A DNA stretch of 64,000 nt. Source: Dudresnaya verticillata (lineage: Eukaryota). Shown in pieces: positions 51,196 through 62,875 of this stretch. The position numbers and the translations under genes were made by a program. Every line of letters starts with the position of its first letter. The stretch's first letter is position 1. A model generated the notes under the pieces. It saw only the letters and a list, made by a program, of their open reading frames with translations. It was not told the origin of the DNA and ran no database searches. The stretch spans positions 868,001 through 932,000 of the forward strand of contig OZ374560.1 of NCBI GenBank assembly GCA_977862235.1, given 5' to 3'.

Positions 51196-52765
51196 CAGTG
51201 GTGGAAATAAGTATAGGGCACCCCCCTAAAAGTAGAAGCTCCGGACAGTAGAGACAGAAGCGAATATTAAAGGGAGTGTTCTTGGCGTTGTTTGGCCCGC
51301 GCAAAACGAATCAGAAGCCCGTTTTAAAAAAGCTTCAATAGTTCTTGAGATATTCAAGAACGCGCCAATATGGGGTGGAAGTGCCTATAAGGCACTTCCA
51401 CTTCAGGCTCGACTACAACTACTAAACGAGGTTTAATACTTCGTTTTCAGGCCCTTGCGACACAGCACTTCCATACAGCGCTTTTGCATCGACCCAACGA
51501 GGTTTCTAAGAATTGTATCGGGAATTGTATCCCATTCCTTAAAGATTACATCCAACAGCTCATTCACGTTGTTAAACTGCCTCGCATTGCGGTAAACGCG
51601 ACGCGCCAGGATTGCCCAGAGATTCTCTATGGGGTTCAGGTCCGGTGACTTGGCCGGCCAGTCCATAACAGTTATATTCTCCTCATTAAACCATTCTTTA
51701 ACAGCATGAACAGTGTGAATGCTAGCTCCATCCTGCTGAAACGTCCAGCTCGTACCCATTTCCTCGTCTACAAACGGCAACAGATAGTCCTCCAGCGTCT
51801 TCTTATATGTAACCGCGGTCTGTGTTCCTTCCAAGACAGCCAACTCGCACTTCTTGGTGCATGCAAAAGCCCCCCAAATCAACACTGAGTCACCTCCGTT
51901 CTGTCGCTTTGAAAATATGCGCTTTTCTCTTCTAAGGTCGTGCCAATAGAACGCGAAACCATCCGGGCCGTCCAAATTAAACTTCTTCTCATCACTCCAT
52001 ACCACGTCGTTCCAATCGCAGAGGTTCCATGTCACTTTGTCTTTAGCCCAGTTGATACGGGCATTGATGTGCCGTGGCAGCATCATTGGACAGGGCATCA
52101 TCTTCGTGTAGTGAAGATTGGGGGCAGCATTCAGCACTTGGCGAACTCGCCGCGCGCTCACAGTCAAGGAAAGGGACTAACGCAATGCGTTGGAGCCCAG
52201 GACTCCTTTCGAGGCCTCTCGAAGGAGGAGGCGTTTACCTGCATATGTCAGATTTAGAGGCCTTCCTTTGCGATTAGCTTTTCCGTACGCGTTGGGATTG
52301 CCTAGATAGTTCTGTATGACGGTTCTGCTGCGAACAAGCTCCTGAGCAATCGCGACTTGGGACCACCCTGCCTTGTGGAAGGCGCTTATCTTGGCTCTTT
52401 CTTGTTCTGTTAACAACCGACCGCGAGGCATACTTGTGTCGTTGATGGAGCGTTTTTGGAAGTTGCCGGACTGCTGGCGCCTTGCCCTCTGCCCCCGCAG
52501 TCCGTTTGCAGGACGCAGACGTGGTTGCTGTTTCTGTTTCCCGCCAGTATAGACGGGAAGTGGAAGTGCCTTATAGGCACTTCCACCCCATATTGGCGCG
52601 TTCTTGAATATCTCAAGACCTATTGAAGCTTTTTTAAAACGGGCTTCTGATTCGTTTTGCGCGGGCCAAACAACGCCAAGAACACTCCCTTTAATATTTG
52701 CTTCTGTCTCTACTGTCCGGTGCTTCTACTTTTAGGGGGGTGCCCTATACTTATTTCCACCACTG
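51196..52765 (-). mobile_element. Full-length Tc1/mariner (Tc3-like, DD34E) DNA transposon, 1570 bp
   Basis: 209-bp TIRs at 51196-51404 and 52557-52765 (3 mismatches), beginning CAGTG. TA target-site duplications at 51194-51195 and 52766-52767. Confidence 0.96.
51433..52431 (-). pseudogene. Tc3-like transposase interrupted by a single in-frame TAG (52179-52177)
   Basis: MPRG...HTH...GRP, WSDEKKFNLDGPDG, FQQDGA and WPAKSPDLNPIENLW; 34 residues between the second D and E. Both track ORFs are in the same frame. Confidence 0.93.
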
Positions 52766-52959
52766 TATATTGTTGGCTCCCACACCACCTGAACACGTTT
52801 TCGCTTGTGCGAAACCCCATATCCGAAATGCCCGCCCTCGAATTGCCCGATTGGCCTCGATGCTCATGGCGTCAGACCTGGCGGCACCTCTTCGGGGGTC
52901 AATGCACTGCTCCTCGAGTCGCGTGAACGTGCTTGTAACCGTGGCTACGGGTAAGAACA

Positions 52960-53085
52960 TTGGTGATGACGAAAGCCCTAGTAGGGCACTCGTTCAGGCA
53001 TTCGAAACCTACAACACTAGTCCTGTGGACAGCATTCGCGGTGTTGCTCGCCGCTTTGGAGTGCCCTTTGCTACTCTCCGCGAGA
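52960..53085 (+). mobile_element. Remnant of a pogo/Fot1-like transposase N-terminal HTH (psq/CENP-B type)
   Basis: SIRGVARRFGVPFATLR resembles the S-I-R-x-A-A-x-x-Y/F-G-V-P-x-x-T-L HTH motif; no DDE domain follows. Confidence 0.5.
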
Positions 53086-53785
53086 GCGGCGCAGACGAGA
53101 ATAATCGCGGTTACGCCGTCCGTACACGACGCGTCGCGCCCGCAGTGAGGAGGGAGACGGCCGCACCCTAGGAGGAACGAGCGGCGACTCCGCGCCAGGG
53201 CCGTAACAAACTCGTCGTAACAGCGTCGAGGACGAGTTAAGACGAAGATGGCTGGGAGAACGCCGTCGGCGACTAACTGCCGACGCCACGCAAGGCGACG
53301 CGTGACGGCGTTTTCACAGCGCACGCCACCTCCACTCACTACGTCCAAGACGAGTGGATAACTCTTCCCGTGAACGTCGAGCCGGCCCCGTGCCCAAGTT
53401 TCACGACAAGACGCCAAGGGCAATTAGAGAGGCCGATTATGCGCATTGCCTCTAACGTGGAAGACGAGTCGAGGAATACGATGCACGCGCGACACGCCCT
53501 CAACGTCTCAAACGCCCAAGTGGGCACCCAACAGCGGACGCAAGCTACGACGTGAGCTCGCACCGAAAAGGGGATCAGCAAGGCAACTTGCGAAAGTAAC
53601 GAATATTTTTAATACGCATATGCGTTCGATAACATCGCTTCTATTACGTACGCTAACTATGTGGCTACGTTAACGTCGCCGTCATCGTCGCTAGACGCCT
53701 ACTTTCCCGCTTGAGGCACTCCACGAGGAGGGACCAAGCCCATGACACACACCCTCACGTCCGCTAAGCCGTCGAAGACGAGGAG

Positions 53786-56202
53786 TCAGTCGTTACCCTT
53801 AACCGCTCTCGACGAACCTAAGTCTCCGGCATCATCGCCCTCGGCGGACCCGCGAAGGGCCGCCTCGTAGCCATCATCATCCGTCGGAGACGTAGGCGCT
53901 GGACCAGGCGGCGTGGCCGCGAACAGCGAGGCGCCGGCCACAGTCGCCACCTTGGTCACGGCGTCCACTTGCGCCTTAGGCGAAGCATCGGGTTGGTCGG
54001 TCGCCTCGGGCGTAGGAACGACTGCCGCGGCCGCCGGTTTCGGCGACTGTGAAGTCTTTTCCGCCACCGGCGTCGAGTGCAATGCAATCGCCTTAGTCAT
54101 CAACAGGGCAACCTTGTCCTTCGCTCCAGGCGTCCGCGGAATGTTAACCGCCTTCGGCGCAGGATGCGCGAAAATCGCCTTAGGCGCTAAGGACACTCCC
54201 GCCTTTGATGACGTTGGAACGACTCTGCTCGCCGTAGGCGCTTCGCCATTAGAAGGCATCGTCGTGGACAAAGACCCCACTGCGGTCATGCCACTCGACG
54301 CCGCAACCGGCAGAGCCGCTGGCTCTCGCGCAGGCGTTACTGCCGGAGTTGGAACCGTCGCCAAGACGCCAGCCCACCAATCCGAGGGCGAGCCGCTCGG
54401 GTCGCTAGGCTCGACGCCTGCGGCCCGCAGGAGCGAAAGGACCACATCGCGCTGCGCGGCGTTCCAAGTCGGCACGGCCGGAGGTACTGTAACACCGTGT
54501 TGGACGCTTGGAACTGATGGCGACGCCCCTGCAACGACCGCTGGTGTTTGCACCGGGGCAGCCATGACAGCGTCACCATCATCGTCAGCGACGGCTACGT
54601 TCCCCTCGTTGGGAGCAACCGCCACCGGCGTAGGAGACGGCCCAGCCGCAATTGCTACATCCGACGCCACAGGCGATTCCACAGCAGAAGCTGACGGCTC
54701 AACCGCCATAGGCGTCGCGAAGCCCGTCCCAGACGTGTGCATCCCGGCGCTGGCAGCGTGAAAGGCGTCCTCCTCGGCTGTTAACACGGCCAAGTGAGGA
54801 GGGAAATCTCCCACAAAGTCGCACGAAGGCAGAAGCCCACGAGGGTAGTCCGACGGCACAAACCGGTCAGTACGTCGATGACGTTCAGCAATGCTTTCCG
54901 TCGTTCGACGTTTGGTCCAAGGATTGTACCAAGTCCGGTCGCCACAGGCGTGATGGTTGCGGCTCATCGCGAAACGCGGACGACGCGCCTTCCGGTGGCT
55001 GTTTCCGAGAGGGACGATCACGGGGTTATCCCAGTCGATCTCGCTCGCCACTTGGCGTAAGTCCCAGAACTCGCGGAGGTTCCGCTGACCGCCGAGCGTC
55101 TCGGTGAGGTCCAAATCGTTGAAAAACGCTACGATACGTGGTGGGAGGTAGTACATCCGAAAGGTATCGTACACCTCCCACAACGACGCATAAGCGATAT
55201 TGGCAACCCACTCCGTCTGGAAGACGATCCACCACCGCGAATACGCGTTCACTACGAGCTCCGAGCCGACATAAGTAACGAACGGAGGTAACTCGGCAGC
55301 GAAGCTCTCGCACACTTCCATCTCACGCCACAGTGGCAGTAACTTGACGAAACAATTCGACACTTTTGTACGCTCCAAGCGGTCAATCTGCGTATCCTGA
55401 TACGGCACTGGCACGCCCTTGCGGCGCCGGGACTCGCACTCCCAGCGTATGCATCTCTCCCAGTAGAAGGTGCCCGCTCGGTGGGAATACCGAAACTCCG
55501 CTCGCAAGCGCACACCCATCACCAAGACATCGTCTCTGACGCGAGCGTCCAACGACGGAGTGATGTGCGTCAACGGCAGTTCTGCCAGACGATAGCCATA
55601 ACCGGCCTCGCCGTGTGTGCTGAAAACGCCGCATTCAACCCCAGCGACAAGGGGACCAAGTCGGTCCCCGGGAAGCGGGGGAAGCGGCCATACACGTCAA
55701 CGACGAAGCGGGCGTGCGCGTCTGCCCGCGACTGGCCCGGGTGCGCATGCACCCACTCTTTCGGGACCGCGCAACGCGTCCGCCACTCCGTCGAATAGAC
55801 GACTGCCAAGGGGAGTTCCCCCGACAACATATCGCCGATGGCGTAATGCGCAATCAGCGCTTTCCCAACGCGGCCGGGTCGAACCACGGCGCCCTCGCAA
55901 AGAGGCGCGCGTGGTCGCGCGGACTCTTTCCGACAAAGTCGTGCAACGACGGGTATACCGGCATCGATGAAGGGGGCGCAATCTGCGCCCCATCGTACTT
56001 GGGCATCACGTCGACGACGGAAACGTAAGCGCACGTCACTGACGATAAGGGCCTCAACACCCAGTGCAATAACGTCGTCGACGAGGGGATAACACGCGCG
56101 CCTCGGACGAGCTCGCCGAACGTCAACGACGAAAGCAAAACGGCCGCTTGGCAGCACTGTTACAGACGCCCCGGGCGAAGAGTTAACGTCGGTCAATAAC
56201 AC
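53786..56202 (-). pseudogene. Unknown ~800-codon ORF, probably split by one frameshift near 55665; likely transposable-element cargo/accessory ORF
   Basis: Track ORFs 55570-56202 and 53786-55573 join as ...GRFPRFPG|DRLGPLVAGVECG...LAELPLTHITPS if one base is added in ccgggg. Trp/Tyr-rich globular core plus Ala/Pro/Thr-rich tail; lies among TEs. Confidence 0.5.
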
Positions 56203-57190
56203 GCTGAAAGCGAAACGACCGCTTCAGGCGAGACTGGTCGCACAAACCGCAACGCCGAGCAAAAACACACGCCACAAGCGGAGTCGCAGCCGATGGAGGT
56301 TGCGCGGTACGACTGAGTCGATGGATGTGTTCGCGTCTAAGCGGGGGGTCGTGTGGCGCACGGGGGACCGGGCTTTTATTTCCTCGCCATGGGCGCCGAT
56401 AACCTCGTCGACCGACGGACGGTCGCCTGAAACAGCTCATTCGCCGTTGGCGCGAACACGTCATCGACGATTGGCCTACGGACGCACGGGCGCCGCCACC
56501 CAGCGCAGCGCACGCCCGACGCACTGTACGGCGCAACGCTGCAGAGCGGATCCGGATGATGCATCGGGATCAACGAGGTGTAAGGAAGTCGACTGTCGGG
56601 TTGGCCCGGATCCCGATCGAATCCGGATCCGACATCCCGATCGGACATCGGGATCCGCTGTAAGGGAAACGCGTCTGTAATACGTGTCAATCGCGATCCG
56701 AATCCGGATCGCTTACAGCACCGTGCGAGCGCGCCTTGGTGAGACGCACGCGCCGGCGCCCAGCGGCTGCATTGCCCCGGGACGTGTCAGACACACCTCC
56801 ACGTGACACGCGTCCCGGGTTCCCGCGCACTACGTCATGCAGCCACTGCACCGCGGCCCTATAGTACTACTTAGTTACCTCGTCTAGGACGTAACAGTAA
56901 AGCCCCGGCAAGCCGGTTTGGGTCTAGACTTCCCTTCCGCGACAGCGCGCACCCTACCGCTGCCCGGAAGCATAAGCATCTACCTATCCGTGTTTCCACG
57001 TTCCTACTCGTTGCTAACGTGTTTCCTTTTGGGTTCCTTTGCCCCTTTTGTCCGCTCGCCCTGGGTGTTTACAGTCCGCCCTAGGCGTGTTCTACCTGCT
57101 CTACCCAGTTCGCTACTAGTGGCTACCCACCGGGCTCCCGAACGGCCCGGAGGCGTCCTCCGTCATCAACACGACGTTTGCACGACACTA

Positions 57191-58101
57191 ACGTGTGGTC
57201 TCGTAGCCTAACGGAGAAAGGAAAAGGGGTGGTTGTGGTATAGACGTTGTGCGCAAAACGTCTCCGTGGTCTACGTGAAAATAATCGAGACATACGATTT
57301 TTGAAGTGCGTCCGTGAACGCGTACTCCACAATGGCAAACGTATTACAGTTCGTGTGGTATAACGACCGGTCTATCCAGCACAGCTCCGGGTTTGTGCGT
57401 GTAGTGGCGGTGAACTTGTGGTATAGACGCTGTGCGCAAAACGACTCCGTGATATACGTGAAAATAACCGAGAAATACGAATTTCGAAGTGACTCCGTGA
57501 ATGCGCACGCCACGATGGCAAACGTATTACAGTGCGCATATTGTGCACGCGCCACGATGGTATTCGCATTACAGCACGCACGCGATACGAAATCGCTGAC
57601 ACCTTCGTGTTTTCCTGTTGTTTCCTGCGCGTAACGGCTCCGAGGCCCACGACGCGCGTGCACCTCCGTATGCATCGCTGGCGCACTTCGTAACCGCCAC
57701 CATACGTGAGACGACCGTTCGTTGGCACCGAGGCCGTTACGAATCATTCGAGTACGAACCGTCTCCCGCGTTGACGTGTATTCGTTCTCACGTAGTAGTA
57801 CTTAACCAGTCGTCTGGTACAACCTCCGAGGGTTTCCGTTAAGCGACTAGCGCCCGGGCCTTGGAGTCTTCGGTAAACGCCTGTTTCTTCGAGTTCTATG
57901 TCTTCGTTTTCGTGACTGCGGATACGGTAGAGCCTCGCTGTCGATAGCCCCGGGCACCCGGAATCATCCCCGGTGATCGATCGCTCGAGTTATGCCTTGC
58001 GCGTACGAATACGTTGACACCGTGGTCCTTCGTGTTGCTCGCTCCGCTCTACCACGCTATCACCCCTTTTCCTTTCTCCGTTAGGCTACGAGGCCACATG
58101 T
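57191..58101. mobile_element. Non-autonomous TIR element (MITE-like), 911 bp
   Basis: 41-bp TIRs at 57191-57231 and 58061-58101 (2 mismatches), TA on both flanks (57189-57190, 58102-58103), no credible ORF. Confidence 0.8.
57233..57533. repeat. Two diverged 118-nt direct repeats inside the MITE
   Basis: 57233-57350 and 57416-57533 align without gaps (ttgtggtatagacg...gcaaacgtattacagt). Confidence 0.85.
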
Positions 58102-58106
58102 TAGGC

Positions 58107-60610
58107 TCAGAGGACATTCCTTACAGTGCGAGACTCCCCCGCGTCACCGTGGACTTCGTTATACCACAGAACGTAATCATACGTTTGTTTGTCGTTTTCA
58201 GCGTCGTTGCGAGGCTCCGAAAACGTGATCGCTGTACCAAACGTCCCTTTCAGACAAGAGTCCCAATAGTGATGCCTGGGAAGCATATCCTTCCTTTTGT
58301 CAAACTGCAGGGAAGGGTCTCTCTCGCAGGCTCCAATACGCTTCTCCCCTTTGAGCTTGCTACCGTCTCCAGCGATGATGAGGAGATTTATGGCACGACT
58401 GGACGCGACGTTGAGCCTCCTCTTGTTCCTCAAGAACCCTATCTTCCCCTCTCTGTTGCTCCTCGTCATGCACAAGATAGTCACCCTCCTCTCTGAGCCC
58501 TGAAGCGCGTCCAGAGTATCTATGAGTACGTTCGGGGAATCGCTACTCAAAATTTCGAGGGCGGCACCAGTAGACCTGAGATAACTCTTCAGGAAGTCGA
58601 CCTGAGATCTGTACGGCGCTATCGCAGCAATATTTCCGCGAAGCTCATCTGGTTCCATGTACCAAATCTTTTCAGCCAACCGTTTACGACCTCCGCCTCC
58701 TTCTTGTTGATGTACTTTCCAGAGTTGGGGCGTTGCTCCATTTCAAAACGATTGGACAGCATAACCGTGTCAATGAATGTGAATGGTGCAAGCTTAACCA
58801 GACCAACGTTATTATACGGCTTTTTGTAAGGCTTCGTATTCACAGTGGAACCAACCCTCATCTCGTAGGTCGGAAACGTCTGGATTCTGGATATGGTAGG
58901 ATGCGACCGATACTGCTGAGTCAACTAGGCGGCTGAGCACGATTTCTGCCACATGAACCGCTCGAAGAGGGATCGCTTCTGCTCGATGAAAGAGAATCCG
59001 ACAGCCAGTCTCCGCAACACGTTCTGTACGGCGTTTTCCATCATTAACACCGGAGGTAGTTGGTGATGGTCTCCAGCAATGAGGACATGCAAGGTACCGC
59101 ACACGCTCTGCTTAGCCGCAAGAGAAGCTATCGGGATTAACGTCTCCAGCTCCCAATATTGGGCAGCTTCATCAATGATGACGACGTTGCGAAACGACCC
59201 GCTCATGGGCCTCAAATTCTTGAGCATCATGCGGCCTGACGTTGATGATGTGCACAGCACAACTACAGCTTCCTGTATTGTTTGCCGCATTGCACGACGA
59301 GAAGGGCTGTTGCGCACTCCCTCGTCCTCATGACAGTAGTACAATTCTCGATCGTACGGCAAAGTCAGATCTCGCATATAGTCTTTCTGCAGATCCCCAT
59401 ACTTATTCTTATTCCTCCCAACTATGACGAAGTTAATGAACATAAGTCCTCCCTTGCCATCCGGAACACCCATTGCTAGCTTGCGTGCAACGTTATCAAC
59501 AGCCTGATTAGAGCTGTAGCACACTAGAACACGTACGCCAAACTTATCATTAATGGAATAGCGCAATAAGTCATCCTTTCTCTCCAACGCATTTTCAGGC
59601 TCTGATCCAGACTGCAAATGCCCTGCTTTGGAATGGTAGAAAAGAGCTCCAATCGTGGAGACAATAACTGTGGTCTTCCCAGTTCCAGCCAACAATCTCG
59701 GACACTGAAGTTGAACCGGTATTGAACTCTCCCACATACTTGAGGAAGTTCAACATAGCCCGCTTCTTTGATTCATCTATTTGTGAAGCAGGTAGACTCT
59801 CCCGGTAGGACAGACATCCAGGGTCAACGCCGGGTGTCATTACTGATAGATTAGTTTCGTCACGAACCTCCTAAAAATTTTCAGATTGTAACACGGGCTT
59901 AAAGAACAGGGTTTGCAGAGAAATATGTAACATGTTCAGCTCATGTATAGACCTGAACATCCGGTGAAGAGGGGTGAGGCAAAAGACGGGGCAAACATAG
60001 AGTTCGTCCTTTTTTCATCGGCCGGCCGTCCCAGCCATAGGTCATTGCCTTGTTCAAAGTAAGCTCGCGATAACATTAACGTGCTGACCCATTACACGTT
60101 CATCGAACATTTGTTCACAGAGCGCAATACGATGAGTTGGAGCCCGGCGTTGACACCATCCGGTAACGCACGGTCACCTCCGCGGAAGAATGCCATGCAT
60201 ACCAACATATCACGGACGTTTGCAACAAGCCTTCTACTCTGCTCATCATCCGCGGCAGTTGCTGTCAAAGTAAGAACGTACTGTTGAGAAGCAACGCTCT
60301 CCACATGAAGTCGTACGAATGGATAGCCACCGCACCCAGCGTAGATTTCTTCCCGGAACTTTTTGGGTGAACGCACCAAGTCCCTGAACTTTTGCAATAA
60401 TTGCAACCGCAGCGCCGTTCGTATCTCCAAATAATGGAACACTTTCCAGTGACTTGCATATGTAGCACGGTCTCCGGTTGAACCAGCGTTCCTGCTGAAC
60501 ATTCTCCCATTCCTTCGCAAGAACCACTCTATGAAGTCGTCACCTTGCTCCGGCACGAGGCCAAACTCAACATTAGCGGGGCTTCCCTTTCCCTCGTTGA
60601 AGCGTTCCAC
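58107..60610 (-). pseudogene. Degenerate Sen1/SETX/Upf1-like superfamily 1 helicase
   Basis: Q-motif IDESKKRA; frameshifted Walker A VSEIVG/GTGKT; RVLVCYSSNQAVDNV; VIIDEAAQ; AGDHHQLPP; RSLFERF; in-frame TAG at 58925; LTQQYRSHPTI; frameshift near 58680; IAPYRSQV, DTLDALQGSER, IGFLRNKRRLNVASSRA. Confidence 0.88.
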
Positions 60611-60871
60611 TCCCCATACAATAATCTGAGAGTACAGTACCTGTAACGTGTTATCGAAGGCCTTGGCTGAAGCTGAGGTTTTCTTCTGCTTCTTCTGAGC
60701 CTGAGTAGACAGTGTACTCGGAGTACCGCACAGGTTTAGGGGTTTAGGTCCTCGTACTTCTGCATGTCCTCTTTGTCAGAGTCCGGACGATCTTCGTGGA
60801 ATGGCTCATCATCTGGCATAAGGCCTGATAGAAAGTTGCGGAGTGCATAGATGCCACCCCGCCTCTTAACC

Positions 60872-62441
60872 TCAAAAATGTTGACTAGCATCGCGCTGGA
60901 TCCCGACCGATTGCAGAACGTTTCTCTGACGCCTTTTTGTCTCCTCGTGCTTCTTCTCCTTAATGTTTTCGTTGAATCCGGGATTTCTTGGGTCCGATAT
61001 CTCCACCGTCACAGCAACTTTATCAGCGCCTTCGTAAATTTTCATCAGTCCTTCACGCGTCATGGCGCTTGCGGGCACACTCAGTACAGGTTGACCAACT
61101 CGGCGACGCTTACTGCTTCTCTCCACCTGCTGAGATGGCGGTGGGTGCGTATTCTTGACCATTGGAGGCGGAGGAGCCTCGTCAGGTACTTGTTGTGCAT
61201 ACTCGTGCGCCTGACTTGGCACAACATGTCCACGACCTCCACCATGACCAAATGCTCGGCCATCATCGTATAGACTATAGCATCTGCCGTCTGTGCTATG
61301 CTGGCCAGGGAGAGCTTCTTCGTGGAATGATCCACGAGGATGATACCTCTCATCATTACTATATCTACCATATGGTATCATTTGATATTCTTGCCCACCC
61401 GGACGCCCATAATCGCAACCGATACCGCCTTCTCTTCTGGAACCGTGTCCATGGAAGCGCGTCGCACTGTTAGAAGGTGGGCAATGATAATCCGATGGCC
61501 CGTCGTATCGGCCGGAATATGAAGCTTGCCCCCCACGGTTATTGTAGCTATCGTGTCCAACCGAAGCTCTGTCACGCTGCAAAATACTTGCATTATGACC
61601 TTCCTTAACTGTTTTGAAACCATTTTGCCTAGTTGGAGATGGCATATTCTACCTCGTTCATCTGAACAGGCGTGTATACATACTGTCAGGGACGTTGCGG
61701 TCCAGGATTAGAATATCGCCCGGTTTAACTTCTGTACTGTGATGGGGGATGAAATCCAGAAGAGCACTGCCTGCGATGTTCCAGTGAACACCATGGCTCT
61801 GAGAACTCACTTCAACCCCACTCTTTGAGTTCTCATCAGCAGAATCAAGGATAGTCACGAGCTTTGCGCAAGCGACGTTACACCTTTGCTTGAGTAGCGG
61901 CCTCTCTGCTGAATTTAGACCAACTTTCATCAACATCAAGATGCAGACTTCCTGCACGAAGATTCTGCAGCACGTTCTTATCTCGCTTTTCCAGACGGAA
62001 AGCCTACATCTTGATACACTAGCACCTCTAGGCGTGTGTTTCTTCTTCACTTTCCACAATATATCATCAAGAAGAGCCTTGAATGTTTCCGAACACAGTC
62101 GCCAGCCTGCGCTCATTCCGTTCCGCATGAACAGCGGTTTTTCCTGTGCTCGCATTCCAGATGTTCCCCAACTGCAGCATAACTCTGCAGAACAACCCAG
62201 ACGTCGTCGATAGTACCCTCATCCGCGAAAGCATCAAAATAGCCACAAATCGATGTGGCGAAATCAGAAAGGCGAATAAATGCGTACAAGATGGCATCTC
62301 TGCCGGTTGGTCGAAGTGAGATGCCATCTTATCCGTTTCATGAGAACTGGTGTTCAAGCGCTGCTCAGTAGAACCGAAAGCAATGAGTACCTCCATACTC
62401 GCAAGATTCTTTGCAAGCGCATCAAACGCCGACTCCCTCAA
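60872..62441 (-). pseudogene. Broken coding fragments, probably the N-terminal part of the decayed helicase gene
   Basis: Consecutive minus-strand ORFs (62067-62441, 61658-62155, 60872-61645) on the helicase strand, separated by stops/frameshifts; no recognised motif. Confidence 0.4.
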
Positions 62442-62811
62442 AGCTCCAAAAAACCGCGAGCTGCTCAGGTAGTTCTTTACAGCAGGGGCTCCGTATAGGC
62501 GCTTCGCGAAAAGAAGCGTTTAGGCGGTGTTTCTGGCAGCACCCATGGCATCTGCGAACGCCTGCACAGAATTAATGTAGTCCTCATGTGCAGCCTTCTC
62601 GTTCTTCAGCCTGTACATCAGCTCCCCATTCTCTTCAACAGAGTGACGGTCCAGGGAGATACATCAACCTTGCCAGCTGCTTTCTGGATACAGGGCCATA
62701 TGCTCCTGCTATCCATCGTTGAGATCTCAAACCTTCGTCGACGAAGGTTATCCTTCGCAGATACTGATGCTCAGAGCGTTAGCAACGTACGTTAGCCCGC
62801 CCGCGGAGGCG

Positions 62812-62875
62812 GGCGGGTGGTGCAGTGGTTCACCGCTGCGCGGTAGATTCCGGGAAACCGAGTTCGACTCCCGCC
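62812..62875 (+). other. tRNA-like RNA polymerase III internal promoter (possible SINE head or tRNA pseudogene)
   Basis: A box TGGTGCAGTGG (62818-62828), B box GAGTTCGACTC (62860-62870), closing GGCGGG/CCCGCC pairing; anticodon and T arms do not fold canonically. Confidence 0.55.

Noticed and set aside
52177..52179. Programmed readthrough or frameshift in the transposase
   Set aside because: A simple nonsense mutation is more parsimonious and no readthrough context is evident; it would need the TAG to be conserved across copies
56579..57073. Possible solo or 3' LTR (TGTAA...TTACA)
   Set aside because: No second copy, convincing PPT/PBS or TSD in the window, so it cannot be supported from this sequence alone
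58107..60610. Helitron RepHel
   Set aside because: Helicase motifs are Upf1/Sen1-type (DEAAQ, QYR, QGSE, RRLNVA), not PIF1-type, and no HUH Rep motifs were seen
62812..62875. Functional tRNA gene
   Set aside because: Too short, and the anticodon and T stems do not pair canonically
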